IMG/VR virus record: IMGVR_UViG_3300028048_000079 | Location: 32,001-96,000 of that record | Strand: one strand, 5' to 3' | Source of the DNA: a virus | Lineage: Duplodnaviria > Caudoviricetes | Length of the DNA stretch: 64,000 bases | Shown here: positions 1 through 9,561 of the stretch, one piece after another | Layout of the letters: every line of letters begins with the position of its first letter | Position numbering within the stretch: position 1 is the first letter of the stretch | The notes under the pieces: model-generated | What the model was told of the DNA's origin: nothing | The model's input: the letters and a program-made list of their open reading frames with translations, nothing else | Database searches by the model: none | Made by a program: the position numbers and the translations under genes

Positions 1-1446
1 AGACATAAAGTAGTCCAAGTCTTCTTCGGGTATTGAATCTAGATAGCCCACTGCCGCAGGTTCACCTTCAAACATAACAACTGAGTCATCATCTTTCCTC
101 AGTATCCCATCCTTTGTGACATATGGTTTCATTAATTTCAGATATCCTGCATCTATTTCATCGCCGAATTCTGATGCATAGTCTTCATCAGTTGTATAGA
201 ATACCAATCCACTATCATAAAATCCTCCATTATCACTATGGGCATGATAAAGCAAAAGTGGATTGCCATATTTGTCTGTTACTTTACTACCTCTAAACCA
301 ATCAAGTATGTTATTATTAGGTTCAATACTTTCATTTATGCAGTCAGCAAGCAGTTCCTCGCTTGTATAATATTCATCTTCAATTTGATGGTTTGCATTT
401 GTCTGTTGCATAAAGTCATTAAATTCATCCTTATCCTTTTCGGATAATATTTTTCTGATAATATCATCAAGTATTTCCCTACCTTGTTTTGTTTTAGCAA
501 ATATTTCTCTAAGGCACTCATTAAATTCTTCTGATGGTAGTTCAGATAATGTCATTAGGAAGAAATTTGGTTCAACAGTGCCCAAATCATACATTTGTGC
601 TACTATAATATCCCACAAGGTAGAACCGAGTCTCATATCCCACAATTCTGCCAATTTGAAATCAGATTTTTTGATAACATACTCAGCCTTTTCTCTATTC
701 TCTGGTAATCCGTGTGCAATTGCAAGTTCAAGTACACCTTTTATAGTTTCGTTAAGAAGTACTGGGAATATGATGCCTTCTGCTTTGATTGTAACCATAT
801 TTTGTGGCATACTCATAGTAACATCCACTTTACCGGCTTCTGTTATTTCATTATCTTCTTTCAGTTTATCTTTTTCGAAGAACAAGAGTATTTCATTATA
901 TTTAATGATTTTCTTATACAATGATGGCAATTCATCGTCTATTTCGAAAAGTTCCTTGATATATGAAGAAATATTTTTGGAATAGTACATAGCTGCACCT
1001 GTTACAAGAGCATTAAGCATACGTCTTTTATATATTTCCCCACTAAGGTAATTCATATCTTGAATGCTATCAAAACTGAAATCAGTTGTTTTTTCTGGAA
1101 TTAGTCTCTGATTATCATCATTGACTTCATCAACAAGTTCAACATCAATTTGTATAGTATCTTCAGGAATGCTGAAAAGTTCTGTTACTATTGTCATGCA
1201 TAGTTGCTCCAAAGCAGACTTGTTTTTTGCCTCAATGTTTTTACATGTTGAAATAAGTCTTCCCAATTCGGTTTTCAACTGATTAATATCAGTAATCTCC
1301 ATATTATCGGTTATTTTAGTAAACTTATTGGCAACGGCATTTATGATGAACTTCTCTTCTTCCTCAGGTGGGTATGAAGGATGTTCACCAAGTGATGTTT
1401 TATTTGTTTCTAATGACTTGAGTATGTGCTTTGGCAGTTCTAACAT
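1..1446 (-). CDS. Partial CDS (runs off the window start); C-terminal part resembles an ADP-ribosyltransferase-like (ART-PolyVal type) domain
   Basis: Not in the ORF track because no stop lies inside the window. ATG at 1446 gives MLELPKHILKSLETNKTSLGEHPSYPP; I checked codons 1-480 and found no stop. Contains WFRGSKVTDKYGNPLLLYHAH, similar to the N-terminus of 28129..31626. Confidence 0.7.
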   Translation of the reverse strand, partial: MLELPKHILKSLETNKTSLGEHPSYPPEEEEKFIINAVANKFTKITDNMEITDINQLKTELGRLISTCKNIEAKNKSALEQLCMTIVTELFSIPEDTIQIDVELVDEVNDDNQRLIPEKTTDFSFDSIQDMNYLSGEIYKRRMLNALVTGAAMYYSKNISSYIKELFEIDDELPSLYKKIIKYNEILLFFEKDKLKEDNEITEAGKVDVTMSMPQNMVTIKAEGIIFPVLLNETIKGVLELAIAHGLPENREKAEYVIKKSDFKLAELWDMRLGSTLWDIIVAQMYDLGTVEPNFFLMTLSELPSEEFNECLREIFAKTKQGREILDDIIRKILSEKDKDEFNDFMQQTNANHQIEDEYYTSEELLADCINESIEPNNNILDWFRGSKVTDKYGNPLLLYHAHSDNGGFYDSGLVFYTTDEDYASEFGDEIDAGYLKLMKPYVTKDGILRKDDDSVVMFEGEPAAVGYLDSIPEEDLDYFMS

Positions 1447-1449
1447 GAT

Positions 1450-2088
1450 TTAATAGACATGCATATTATAAAGAGTTATTGTTCCTTGTTTTGGATAATA
1501 GGTTGTTGGGAAAATGTCAAGACGGTTTGTACCATCAGTAAATGTATGGCATTCATTATTATCGTCTTTACCTGCGTATTTCATGCCATAATTCTGTTTA
1601 AGCATTTGTACAAGTTGTGCAAATTCAAATGGTGTCTTACGTGGGTTTCCACCTGCAAGTTTTGTGATTGAACGCCAAATGTTACTTTCAAGTTGTTCTT
1701 GGCGTTCTGTTTCCACAGCAGCATTTAGCATATCATCATCATGAATGCCTGTAATATTTCTTATTTGGGTATTTGTTAAATCCTCGTTGACGTTTTTCTT
1801 ACCAAGACGTTTTACAAACTCACTAAGTTTATAATATTCTGAATGCTTTTGGAATTTCTTCAGACGGCTTTCAATTAAGTCTTTCTTAGTAATTACCTTG
1901 CCCTCATTTGATGGCGGTATCTGTATTGTCGCCTTTTTAAGGTCAACGCCTGATTTCTGGGCTTGCTGCTTGGTAGTATCAACTGCTTTCTTAACATCAC
2001 CACCGGCAGCATCTACATCAGCGTTAAGTGTAATTCCTTCTTGCAAAGCATAACGTCTTTGTTCCTCTGTTATCTTGATTGTTCTCAT
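1450..2088 (-). CDS. Hypothetical late/virion-internal protein
   Basis: 212 aa ORF; MRTIKITEEQ...ALQE leader; TATTTAT box upstream. Confidence 0.6.
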   Translation of the reverse strand: MRTIKITEEQRRYALQEGITLNADVDAAGGDVKKAVDTTKQQAQKSGVDLKKATIQIPPSNEGKVITKKDLIESRLKKFQKHSEYYKLSEFVKRLGKKNVNEDLTNTQIRNITGIHDDDMLNAAVETERQEQLESNIWRSITKLAGGNPRKTPFEFAQLVQMLKQNYGMKYAGKDDNNECHTFTDGTNRLDIFPTTYYPKQGTITLYNMHVY

Positions 2089-2165
2089 GATTGCACAATT
2101 ATATAAATAAATATGGAGTAATTATTATTAAAAATGCCCCCATATAATATTGGAGGCATTATCTT

Positions 2166-2798
2166 TTATTTGAAATTAGGTGAAGTAAAAGGTTTTTTCT
2201 TATAGCCTATATTAGTGATAGGTTTTTGCATTTCCCCTTCTTCATCATTATCCTGCATCACTTGGTTGAATATCTCATCAAGTTTGTCTTTATAAGACTT
2301 AGCAACGCTTTCACCCATTTCCATATTGTTATCGTTATTCAGTTCGTTATTGTCCATAGGTGGTTGTTGGTTCATGTCTTGCTGAGACATATCACTTTGT
2401 GGCTGTTCAGGAACTTCCTCTGTTTCATCACCTTTTATGTTGTTCAAGATATCATTTGTATCTTCAGGTGAAAGTCCTTCAATTGCTTGTTTGACAATCA
2501 TACCAGCAACATATTTGTCAAGGTCAGCATCAGGTTGAGGTAAGTTTTCATTATAAGAACGTAGTGACTGACTTAGTTTACCAGTTAACTGTTGGATATA
2601 CTTTTTAGGGTCTGTTTCTTCATTAGCTTCGACACCTGCATCGAAATTTGTATCAAATGGGTTTTCACCATTTCCTTGAGCATCACCCATATTAGCATCC
2701 ATCTGTGGGAAGTCATCGCCTTCATCATCCATCATAGGTGGCTGATTATCCATCGGTGGCTCTGCCATCTCAGCCGGGATTTCCGGCTGAGATGGCAA
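2166..2798 (-). CDS. Acidic low-complexity ORF, probably the -1 frameshift extension of 2819..4378
   Basis: The track start is a TTG. The frame opens exactly at the A9 run at the end of the upstream gene. Confidence 0.65.
   Translation of the reverse strand: MPSQPEIPAEMAEPPMDNQPPMMDDEGDDFPQMDANMGDAQGNGENPFDTNFDAGVEANEETDPKKYIQQLTGKLSQSLRSYNENLPQPDADLDKYVAGMIVKQAIEGLSPEDTNDILNNIKGDETEEVPEQPQSDMSQQDMNQQPPMDNNELNNDNNMEMGESVAKSYKDKLDEIFNQVMQDNDEEGEMQKPITNIGYKKKPFTSPNFK
2763..2797 (-). other. Perfect 15-bp hairpin inside coding sequence, downstream of a slippery A9 run
   Basis: TGCCATCTCAGCCGG-gattt-CCGGCTGAGATGGCA on the + strand. Confidence 0.85.
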
Positions 2799-2818
2799 CT
2801 TTATGACTTTTCTTTCAG

Positions 2819-4378
2819 TTAATCTTTTTTTTTATCGCCATCGATACGTTTCATAATAGCGTCTGTGAGTTTATCAATTACTTCGTCAGTAAATGGCGCA
2901 GAGTCACCAATCTGTATACCGAATGGTTTTTCGCCCTTAGCAGAATCATCATTCCAATCCTTGCCGAATTTATCTATCTCCTTGTTAGGGGGTGTTGTCA
3001 TAGGCTTTTTCTGATAAGCAGGATGCTTACCGAAGTCATTAAGAACGGCTTCTGTTATACGGTTTACAATACGGTTAATGCTTTCGTAAGGTACTTCACC
3101 AATGTCAACCAATGATGGGTCGAGGTCATCGATATATTCACCATTGTCATCAAGTGGCTCTTCTATATCAAGTGAAATCTCGCCATTAGATGGTTGTTCT
3201 TGGCTGTCTAACCACTCATTATAGTCCTGCTCGAACTCATTGTAAGCACCGTCACCTTCAACTTCAGGGAAAGGAACTTCAATATCATCATCGCCCATAC
3301 CTGCAACATCATTTACATCAACTACTTCCTCATTCACTTTATCTGTGAAAGGTGCGCTATCACCCTTTTCGTTTGTACCTGGTGTTGGAGAGTTCTGATT
3401 GTCAGTATTGTGTACTACGTTAGCTTCCTCATGTATAGGCTCTGCATCAGATTCACCTTGATTGCTTTGGTTGTCATCAACTTGGTCTATATAAGGTGCA
3501 GAACTACCAATATTAGTTCCATTTGTCTTGTCCATGAAATCTTTTGACTTATTCCATGCAAGAACTTGTGCTTCTGTCAAAATAACAGTACGGCCATCCT
3601 TTGATTCAACTCTTACAACTTTTCCACCCTTTGGATGCTCACCGGCAACACCTGTTTCTACATACTGAGGCTTCTCAGAATATGTATCACCGCCATTACC
3701 TTTCTCACTTGGGTTCTTATCAGACTTCATATCTTCATTTGAAGCCTCACCATCCTCAGTATAAGGACCACCGGCCTTCTCAGGATTTGTTTCAGTTTCC
3801 TTCAAATCCTTGTCAAGTTTTGCGACGGCTGTGTCGGTGAAAGGGGCATTAACCTTTTTGTCTGATGGATTCTGTGCAGGTGCTTCTGGGAGAGTATGGT
3901 TCATTGTAAAGCCATTGGTCTTATCCTCTTTAAGGATAGTGCTTACATTATTCATAATCTCATTGAAACGGTCAAGTTCATGTCTCATCTCCTTAGTTTC
4001 ATTTACTTGCCATTCAGCAGCCTCTGTTTTAACGCCTTCAGTTACTATTGGTTTTTTTACACTGCATGCCTCATTAATTGACATAAGTTTAAGTTCCAAC
4101 TGTTTTGAAGCCATTGGATAAGTGAGATATTCATTACTCTTTTTGTTCATGAAACCGCCGATGTAGTCAAAATCTTCAGCAATTACCTCGGTATCTTTCT
4201 TCGGTGCTACTTTAATGTAGAATTTTTTACCTTCACGGATAATACCATATGTTTTACCATCAGCACCTTCTGTTTTATATTCAACTATGGATTGTGAACC
4301 TCTTGCGGTAGACTCATTAATGCCATAACCCATAAGGTCTTTCATCCTCTTAAGTTGTTCATCATAAATGTTACTCAT
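2819..4378 (-). CDS. Acidic prohead core/scaffold-like protein (inferred)
   Basis: 519 aa, very acidic, internal G(D/S)SAP(F/Y) repeats, many [ILV]xE motifs, TATTTAT box upstream. Confidence 0.55.
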   Translation of the reverse strand: MSNIYDEQLKRMKDLMGYGINESTARGSQSIVEYKTEGADGKTYGIIREGKKFYIKVAPKKDTEVIAEDFDYIGGFMNKKSNEYLTYPMASKQLELKLMSINEACSVKKPIVTEGVKTEAAEWQVNETKEMRHELDRFNEIMNNVSTILKEDKTNGFTMNHTLPEAPAQNPSDKKVNAPFTDTAVAKLDKDLKETETNPEKAGGPYTEDGEASNEDMKSDKNPSEKGNGGDTYSEKPQYVETGVAGEHPKGGKVVRVESKDGRTVILTEAQVLAWNKSKDFMDKTNGTNIGSSAPYIDQVDDNQSNQGESDAEPIHEEANVVHNTDNQNSPTPGTNEKGDSAPFTDKVNEEVVDVNDVAGMGDDDIEVPFPEVEGDGAYNEFEQDYNEWLDSQEQPSNGEISLDIEEPLDDNGEYIDDLDPSLVDIGEVPYESINRIVNRITEAVLNDFGKHPAYQKKPMTTPPNKEIDKFGKDWNDDSAKGEKPFGIQIGDSAPFTDEVIDKLTDAIMKRIDGDKKKD

Positions 4379-4437
4379 GTTATTTTTTCAAACTAATTAG
4401 TTATTTTAATAATAAATAGTTAATGCTTTTAATAAAG

Positions 4438-6558
4438 TCATTTAATAGAGTTTATTTTATTATATGTATTATTAATTATATCCCAAATTTTATCAAGATA
4501 GTTCATGCGTCTCAATAATTTATATATGATATTGCCACTTGACATTTCTCCACTTCTTGCCAAACCTTCCTTACGCATGTTCTTCAAACGTTTGAATATC
4601 TTCATGGTTTTCTCACCAAGTTCTTCAAGTCTTGAATTACTTGTTTCCTTGTTTATTTTAGTTTCAATATTATCAATATCCGTCATTATTTTGGCGGAGA
4701 ACTCCTTTATATACTTTTCATTAAGTTTAGCGTCATCAAAATTAGACGGTTCTGTAACCCATTTGTTTTTTGTCAAAGAATATACACCTGAAGATACTCC
4801 GGGTTCATCATAATCCTCAACACTCACTTCTACAGGATAACCGTAGATTTTAAGTTTATCATGCGTTTGGTTCCATATTTCCTTTTTAGATTTGAAATAG
4901 TCATCAATCAGTTCTGTTTTCTTATAAATGTCCTTAAAACTTACAATTATATGTACATCAATATCTGAATATTTCGACCAATTGTAATTTGCCAATGAGC
5001 CAGTGAATACAATATCCTTTGGTTTTAAATTAGGTATTGACAATTCATCGATGAAGTCATCCGCAATGTCAAGCAGTTTCTCTCTTACCCTTGAATTAAG
5101 TTTGTCGTTTATCCAAAACTTATCGTTCAGTTCATCTTTTACCTTAAATGATGAAAGACTGACATCACTTGCATCTACCTCATTAATATACAGTTTAGAT
5201 TCAATAATACCCTCTTTTCTTAATACTTCATCACCGAATAACTGTTTAATCAAATACATGACAACAGGATAATCAACAGTCATCATATACTCATTGAACT
5301 CATGATTTATTCTATTTAATCTTTCAACCCATTCAAAAATATCCCCGTTGACTCTTTCAAATAGGTTTCTGAAAGCATTTTCGTTAAATCCACCAATTTT
5401 CTCTATTCTGAAATTATAATCAGCAATGGGGATTTCATTATCCCATGATGTAACATCACTGTTATTCATGAATTTAAACTTACCGTTATTGAAGTCTTCC
5501 TTTGGTACTTCTATCGAAAAAATACTGCCATGTCCAAAATTATCAGTCATTTTTGTATTAAACCAATTCACACCGTAGGTTTCACTTCTTTTCCTACCAC
5601 GCAGTGCACATATTGTACCTTCCTCAATAATGTCATTCAAAGCCATTATATCAGTTCCATGATACAATTTTATTTTTTCCGGTAATTCATCAAAAAATGA
5701 TGGTTTCCATTCGTTTAAATTCATTATTTTACCTTCACTAATTGTCTTATTGATTATTTTAACAGCAGATGCATTGAATATAACATAATTATTTCCTTCC
5801 TCGCCATCAAAACCAAAAACAGTGCCTATTGGATAGACAATGCCCTCTATTCCACACATATTCAATAGGAATAACGATGCTGCTTTTGGAGAGCCTAATA
5901 AAGATGTTAAACGGTCATATAGTTCTTCTCCACTATTTATTCCCTCAATTATTCCCTCAGTTATACCCTCAAATCTGTTACGATATTTGGTATTTAGGAA
6001 ATTCAATCCTTTTAATATTTTTCCTTTAACTTCATCATTAACTGAATTATACCATTCAATATAGTTACTGCCATCGTTTTCCGGTATTTCAACCTCATAT
6101 ACATATGATTTTGCTTTTGAAAGACGTGGTTCCATTTCTGACAGTACGTTGAAAAAAGAATTTATCTCATTGGTATTTTCACTGTATTTTGAAATGAATT
6201 TATTTTTCTCTGCCTCTATTGTATTTGCATCAATAGTTTTTGTAGTATACATTATCATACGTAAATTATTGATAATGTCATTTGTAATATTTTCATCACT
6301 AATAGTATTATTGGCTATTGATATTAACTTTTCTGTTGTTATACGTTCATTATTTTTATCATATGAACCTGTATTTGCTTCTTTTGAACGGTCAGCATAT
6401 TCACTTGCTATTTCAGAATTATCTGTAACATAAGTGCCCCAACCGAACTCCTGAGAGCCGTCACCTGTATCAAGATACTTTTTATGATTAAACTTATTAA
6501 AGTCATAAGAAGTACCGTGAAAACCCCTTATTTCACTTATGTTTCGTCTTATATTCAT
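4438..6558 (-). CDS. Multidomain protein: two ART-like domains plus a C-terminal Pol-beta-type nucleotidyltransferase
   Basis: FHGT...FGWGTYVT; LYHGTD; GSLANYNWSKYSDIDVHI nucleotidyltransferase motif. Confidence 0.65.
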   Translation of the reverse strand: MNIRRNISEIRGFHGTSYDFNKFNHKKYLDTGDGSQEFGWGTYVTDNSEIASEYADRSKEANTGSYDKNNERITTEKLISIANNTISDENITNDIINNLRMIMYTTKTIDANTIEAEKNKFISKYSENTNEINSFFNVLSEMEPRLSKAKSYVYEVEIPENDGSNYIEWYNSVNDEVKGKILKGLNFLNTKYRNRFEGITEGIIEGINSGEELYDRLTSLLGSPKAASLFLLNMCGIEGIVYPIGTVFGFDGEEGNNYVIFNASAVKIINKTISEGKIMNLNEWKPSFFDELPEKIKLYHGTDIMALNDIIEEGTICALRGRKRSETYGVNWFNTKMTDNFGHGSIFSIEVPKEDFNNGKFKFMNNSDVTSWDNEIPIADYNFRIEKIGGFNENAFRNLFERVNGDIFEWVERLNRINHEFNEYMMTVDYPVVMYLIKQLFGDEVLRKEGIIESKLYINEVDASDVSLSSFKVKDELNDKFWINDKLNSRVREKLLDIADDFIDELSIPNLKPKDIVFTGSLANYNWSKYSDIDVHIIVSFKDIYKKTELIDDYFKSKKEIWNQTHDKLKIYGYPVEVSVEDYDEPGVSSGVYSLTKNKWVTEPSNFDDAKLNEKYIKEFSAKIMTDIDNIETKINKETSNSRLEELGEKTMKIFKRLKNMRKEGLARSGEMSSGNIIYKLLRRMNYLDKIWDIINNTYNKINSIK

Positions 6559-6606
6559 GCCTAAATGTTAAAAATAGCAAAATCTATAAAAATAAATATA
6601 GGAAAA

Positions 6607-6640
6607 TTTTGTTATAAGAAAAATAATTAGTACCTTTGCA
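6607..6640 (+). promoter_or_regulatory. Bacteroidota sigma-A promoter of clpX (representative of about 35 in the window)
   Basis: TTTG, about 19 nt, then TACCTTTG. The same architecture occurs at 15927, 22642, 24843, 25150, 26194, 35095 and at about 25 sites in 42-63 kb. Confidence 0.85.
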
Positions 6641-6668
6641 TCCGAAAAAATAAATGTAATATTATTGT

Positions 6669-7826
6669 ATGGCAAAAAAAACAACAAATGAAGAGGTAAC
6701 TCAAGAAGAGATTAAGGAAATAAAGGCACAAATGCGTGACATTATGAATAAGGTCACGCCAAAATACCTTTATGATTATCTTAATCAGTATGTAATTGGC
6801 CAAGAAGAAGCCAAGAAGTATATATCCGTTGCTGTTTATAACCATTATAAACGTTTTATGGATAACATCTATGGTTATACACAATATATTGAGGATAATC
6901 CATATCAAGATGTTGAAATTGAAAAGACTAATTGTATTGTACTTGGAAATTCCGGAAGTGGGAAAACTTATATGCTAAGACTTCTCGCAAAGCATCTGAA
7001 TATACCGTTTTATATACAGGATTCCTGTAGCCTCTCAAGTGCTGGATATGTTGGTGATGATGTCGAGAATGCGGTTCTTGGTGCATTGCGAAGCTGCAAC
7101 TTCAATGTGCAAGCCACACAGCATGCAATTATTGTCTTCGATGAGTTTGATAAACTTTCAAGAAAGAGCGAAAATCCGTCAATAACACGTGATGTCGGTG
7201 GTGAAGGTGTTCAGCAATCACTTTTGAAACTTGTTGAAGGTACAATTGTCAATGTACCGCCCAATGGTGGACGTAAGCATCCGGAACAGGAATGCATTCC
7301 TGTAGATACAAGAAATATTCTTTTCTTCGGCATTGGTGCATTTGATGGTTTGGAAAAGATTATTGAGAAACGCAAGAACAAAAAAACAATTGGCTTTAAT
7401 TCAATTGCAAAGGACAATGAAGTTGAAGAAGACTTGCTTTCAGATGTTACTTCGGATGATTTAAAGAAATATGGCTTGATTCCTGAAATTATAGGCCGTT
7501 TTCCGTTGATTACGCATGTTAAGCCTTTAACAGAAGAACAACTTTATCAGATACTTGTTGAGCCTAAAAATTCAATTATTAAACAGTTTCAGAAACTGTT
7601 TTGGATTGATAATGTTGAACTAACATTTGATGATGATGCTTTGCATATTGTTGCTAAGGAAGCATATGAAATGAAAACCGGTGCTAGAAGCTTGCGTGGT
7701 GTTCTTGATAAATTGCTTGCTGATATTATGTTTGACTACGGTGGTTACAATGAGGAAAAGGTGAAACTTAACATCACAGCTGATATGGTTTCTGCTTACC
7801 AGTCAAAAGTTAAACAAGCTGCTTAA
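6669..7826 (+). CDS. clpX: ClpX AAA+ unfoldase lacking the N-terminal zinc-binding domain
   Basis: YVIGQEEAKK, Walker A GNSGSGKT, GYVG pore loop, FDEFDK, RDVGGEGVQQSLLK, RKH loop, IGF loop, GARSLR. Confidence 0.95.
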   Translation: MAKKTTNEEVTQEEIKEIKAQMRDIMNKVTPKYLYDYLNQYVIGQEEAKKYISVAVYNHYKRFMDNIYGYTQYIEDNPYQDVEIEKTNCIVLGNSGSGKTYMLRLLAKHLNIPFYIQDSCSLSSAGYVGDDVENAVLGALRSCNFNVQATQHAIIVFDEFDKLSRKSENPSITRDVGGEGVQQSLLKLVEGTIVNVPPNGGRKHPEQECIPVDTRNILFFGIGAFDGLEKIIEKRKNKKTIGFNSIAKDNEVEEDLLSDVTSDDLKKYGLIPEIIGRFPLITHVKPLTEEQLYQILVEPKNSIIKQFQKLFWIDNVELTFDDDALHIVAKEAYEMKTGARSLRGVLDKLLADIMFDYGGYNEEKVKLNITADMVSAYQSKVKQAA

Positions 7827-8025
7827 TAGTTAGGGGAAAATAAAAGGTTGCCTATTCTACAATGTACAAGGCATATAATCTTAGCGCATCTGTATCATTG
7901 GTAGGCAATCCTTTTATTATTAAATATAACGATTATTTTCGAAACTTACCAAATAAAATGGCAGTTCACTAAAACTTTTAAACTTGTGACTACTATTTAA
8001 AGTTAATTATTTTTGAAAATACTAT

Positions 8026-8373
8026 ATGGTTTTAAATATCAACTCTGTAATAGCAAAAGGTGAGCATAAAGGCAAAACAGTAAATGATGTATTGTCTATC
8101 GGCAAAAGGGAGATATTTTCCCTTATAAAGGAAGGTTTTTCTTTTGATGACAATGTATTGTTAATGGCAGGCATTAAGAAAAATGTACGTGATGTAAAGG
8201 TTAGTAATATTTTTGCGGAGCATGAAAAAGATACAAAATCTTACGAAAAGGATACTGTAAGCCTTTCGAAGATATTAAAAGAAATACGTACAATTGACAA
8301 TCTTGATGAAACAATTGAGACTGAAATTGCAGCATCTGATGATACAAATAACGAAGATTACGAAGAAGTTTAA
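8026..8373 (+). CDS. Hypothetical protein
   Basis: 115 aa ORF with an A-rich start context. Confidence 0.6.
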   Translation: MVLNINSVIAKGEHKGKTVNDVLSIGKREIFSLIKEGFSFDDNVLLMAGIKKNVRDVKVSNIFAEHEKDTKSYEKDTVSLSKILKEIRTIDNLDETIETEIAASDDTNNEDYEEV

Positions 8374-8384
8374 TTTAAAATATT

Positions 8385-9317
8385 ATGTCTCAACTTATAG
8401 GTTTTTGTGGCAGAAAACGTGCCGGCAAGGGGGTTTTATCTGAAATTGTCAAAGAGAAATATGATGGTGTAATTGTAACAGCGGCAAATTATTTGAAATA
8501 TATTTGTTGTGAATTACTTGGGTATACTCTTGAAGAGCTAAATGAACGTAAAGATAATGGATATGTTTTCTTTCTACACCCAAGTTATCAGTGGTACGAT
8601 ACCATACATAAGTGGACGGGAATTGAGATAAAATATATTAAAAAGGAAATTGCTGGAATTAAATTCAACAATGTAAGACAGGTATTGCAAGTCATTGGAA
8701 CTGATTGCATCCGTCGTTATAACCCATCTTGGCATGTTGAATGTATGGTTAAAGATATAAAGAAATATCTTAATGAAGGTAAAACAGTTGTTGTTGATGA
8801 TGTCAGATTTCCTAATGAACGTAAAGCCATTGAAGACCTTGGTGGTGAGTGCTATTACATAGTAAGACCATTAACTGACAATGTTTCAAACCACATTTCC
8901 GAAACTTCACTTACTTGGGATATGTTTGCTGATGACCATGTGATTATTAATAACAATACGCTTGATAATTTCAAAAAACACTTTGAAGAGCATCTAAGTA
9001 TTAATGGAAATTCAGAAAATGCTCACCCAATATTCTTAAATGAAATGCCGTATTTCCAGAAGATGAACAATCTCTTTGGAAAAGAGAAAACCAAATTAGT
9101 TGAAAAGATTTTGGCACAAAATAAAGATTACGATTTGTTTAAAGACAAGGGTGTTTTTAGATTTAAGCCATCCAAATCAAGTGAATTTGCTGAATTTATA
9201 AAGGAACTTTATGGCATTAAAATTGTAGACAACAAAAGAATGAAACATATTTATTACAAGATATATAATCCTTTAATAATTGAAAATTTAAAACGGCATA
9301 TCAATGAAGACAAATGA
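8385..9317 (+). CDS. Deoxynucleoside monophosphate kinase (T4 gp1-like)
   Basis: LIGFCGRKRAGKG P-loop, RQVLQVIGTD, VDDVRFPNE, HISE. Confidence 0.85.
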   Translation: MSQLIGFCGRKRAGKGVLSEIVKEKYDGVIVTAANYLKYICCELLGYTLEELNERKDNGYVFFLHPSYQWYDTIHKWTGIEIKYIKKEIAGIKFNNVRQVLQVIGTDCIRRYNPSWHVECMVKDIKKYLNEGKTVVVDDVRFPNERKAIEDLGGECYYIVRPLTDNVSNHISETSLTWDMFADDHVIINNNTLDNFKKHFEEHLSINGNSENAHPIFLNEMPYFQKMNNLFGKEKTKLVEKILAQNKDYDLFKDKGVFRFKPSKSSEFAEFIKELYGIKIVDNKRMKHIYYKIYNPLIIENLKRHINEDK

Positions 9318-9561
9318 TGTTTCAAAAGATGTTTGGAAATCTTTCCGAAAAGCCAACCGTGAGTTACAGTTTGAACGCAACGGCGGAGGACAGTTTGTAG
9401 CCACAGATAGGACGTGGAAAAACAAAAAGAAGTATGATAGAAAAAGGGACAGAAGAATAAATTTCGACTGTCCCTCTTTATTTTATCGTAATTTTAGATT
9501 ATGCATCTTTAACAACTGTATAAACAGTGTAATTAACACCGTCTTCTGTAACAACAGATGA
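9304..9561 (+). CDS. Small basic hypothetical protein
   Basis: Coupled to the upstream stop; RKANRELQFE...KNKKKYDRK. The 3' end overlaps the convergent gene. Confidence 0.5.
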   Translation: MKTNDVSKDVWKSFRKANRELQFERNGGGQFVATDRTWKNKKKYDRKRDRRINFDCPSLFYRNFRLCIFNNCINSVINTVFCNNR

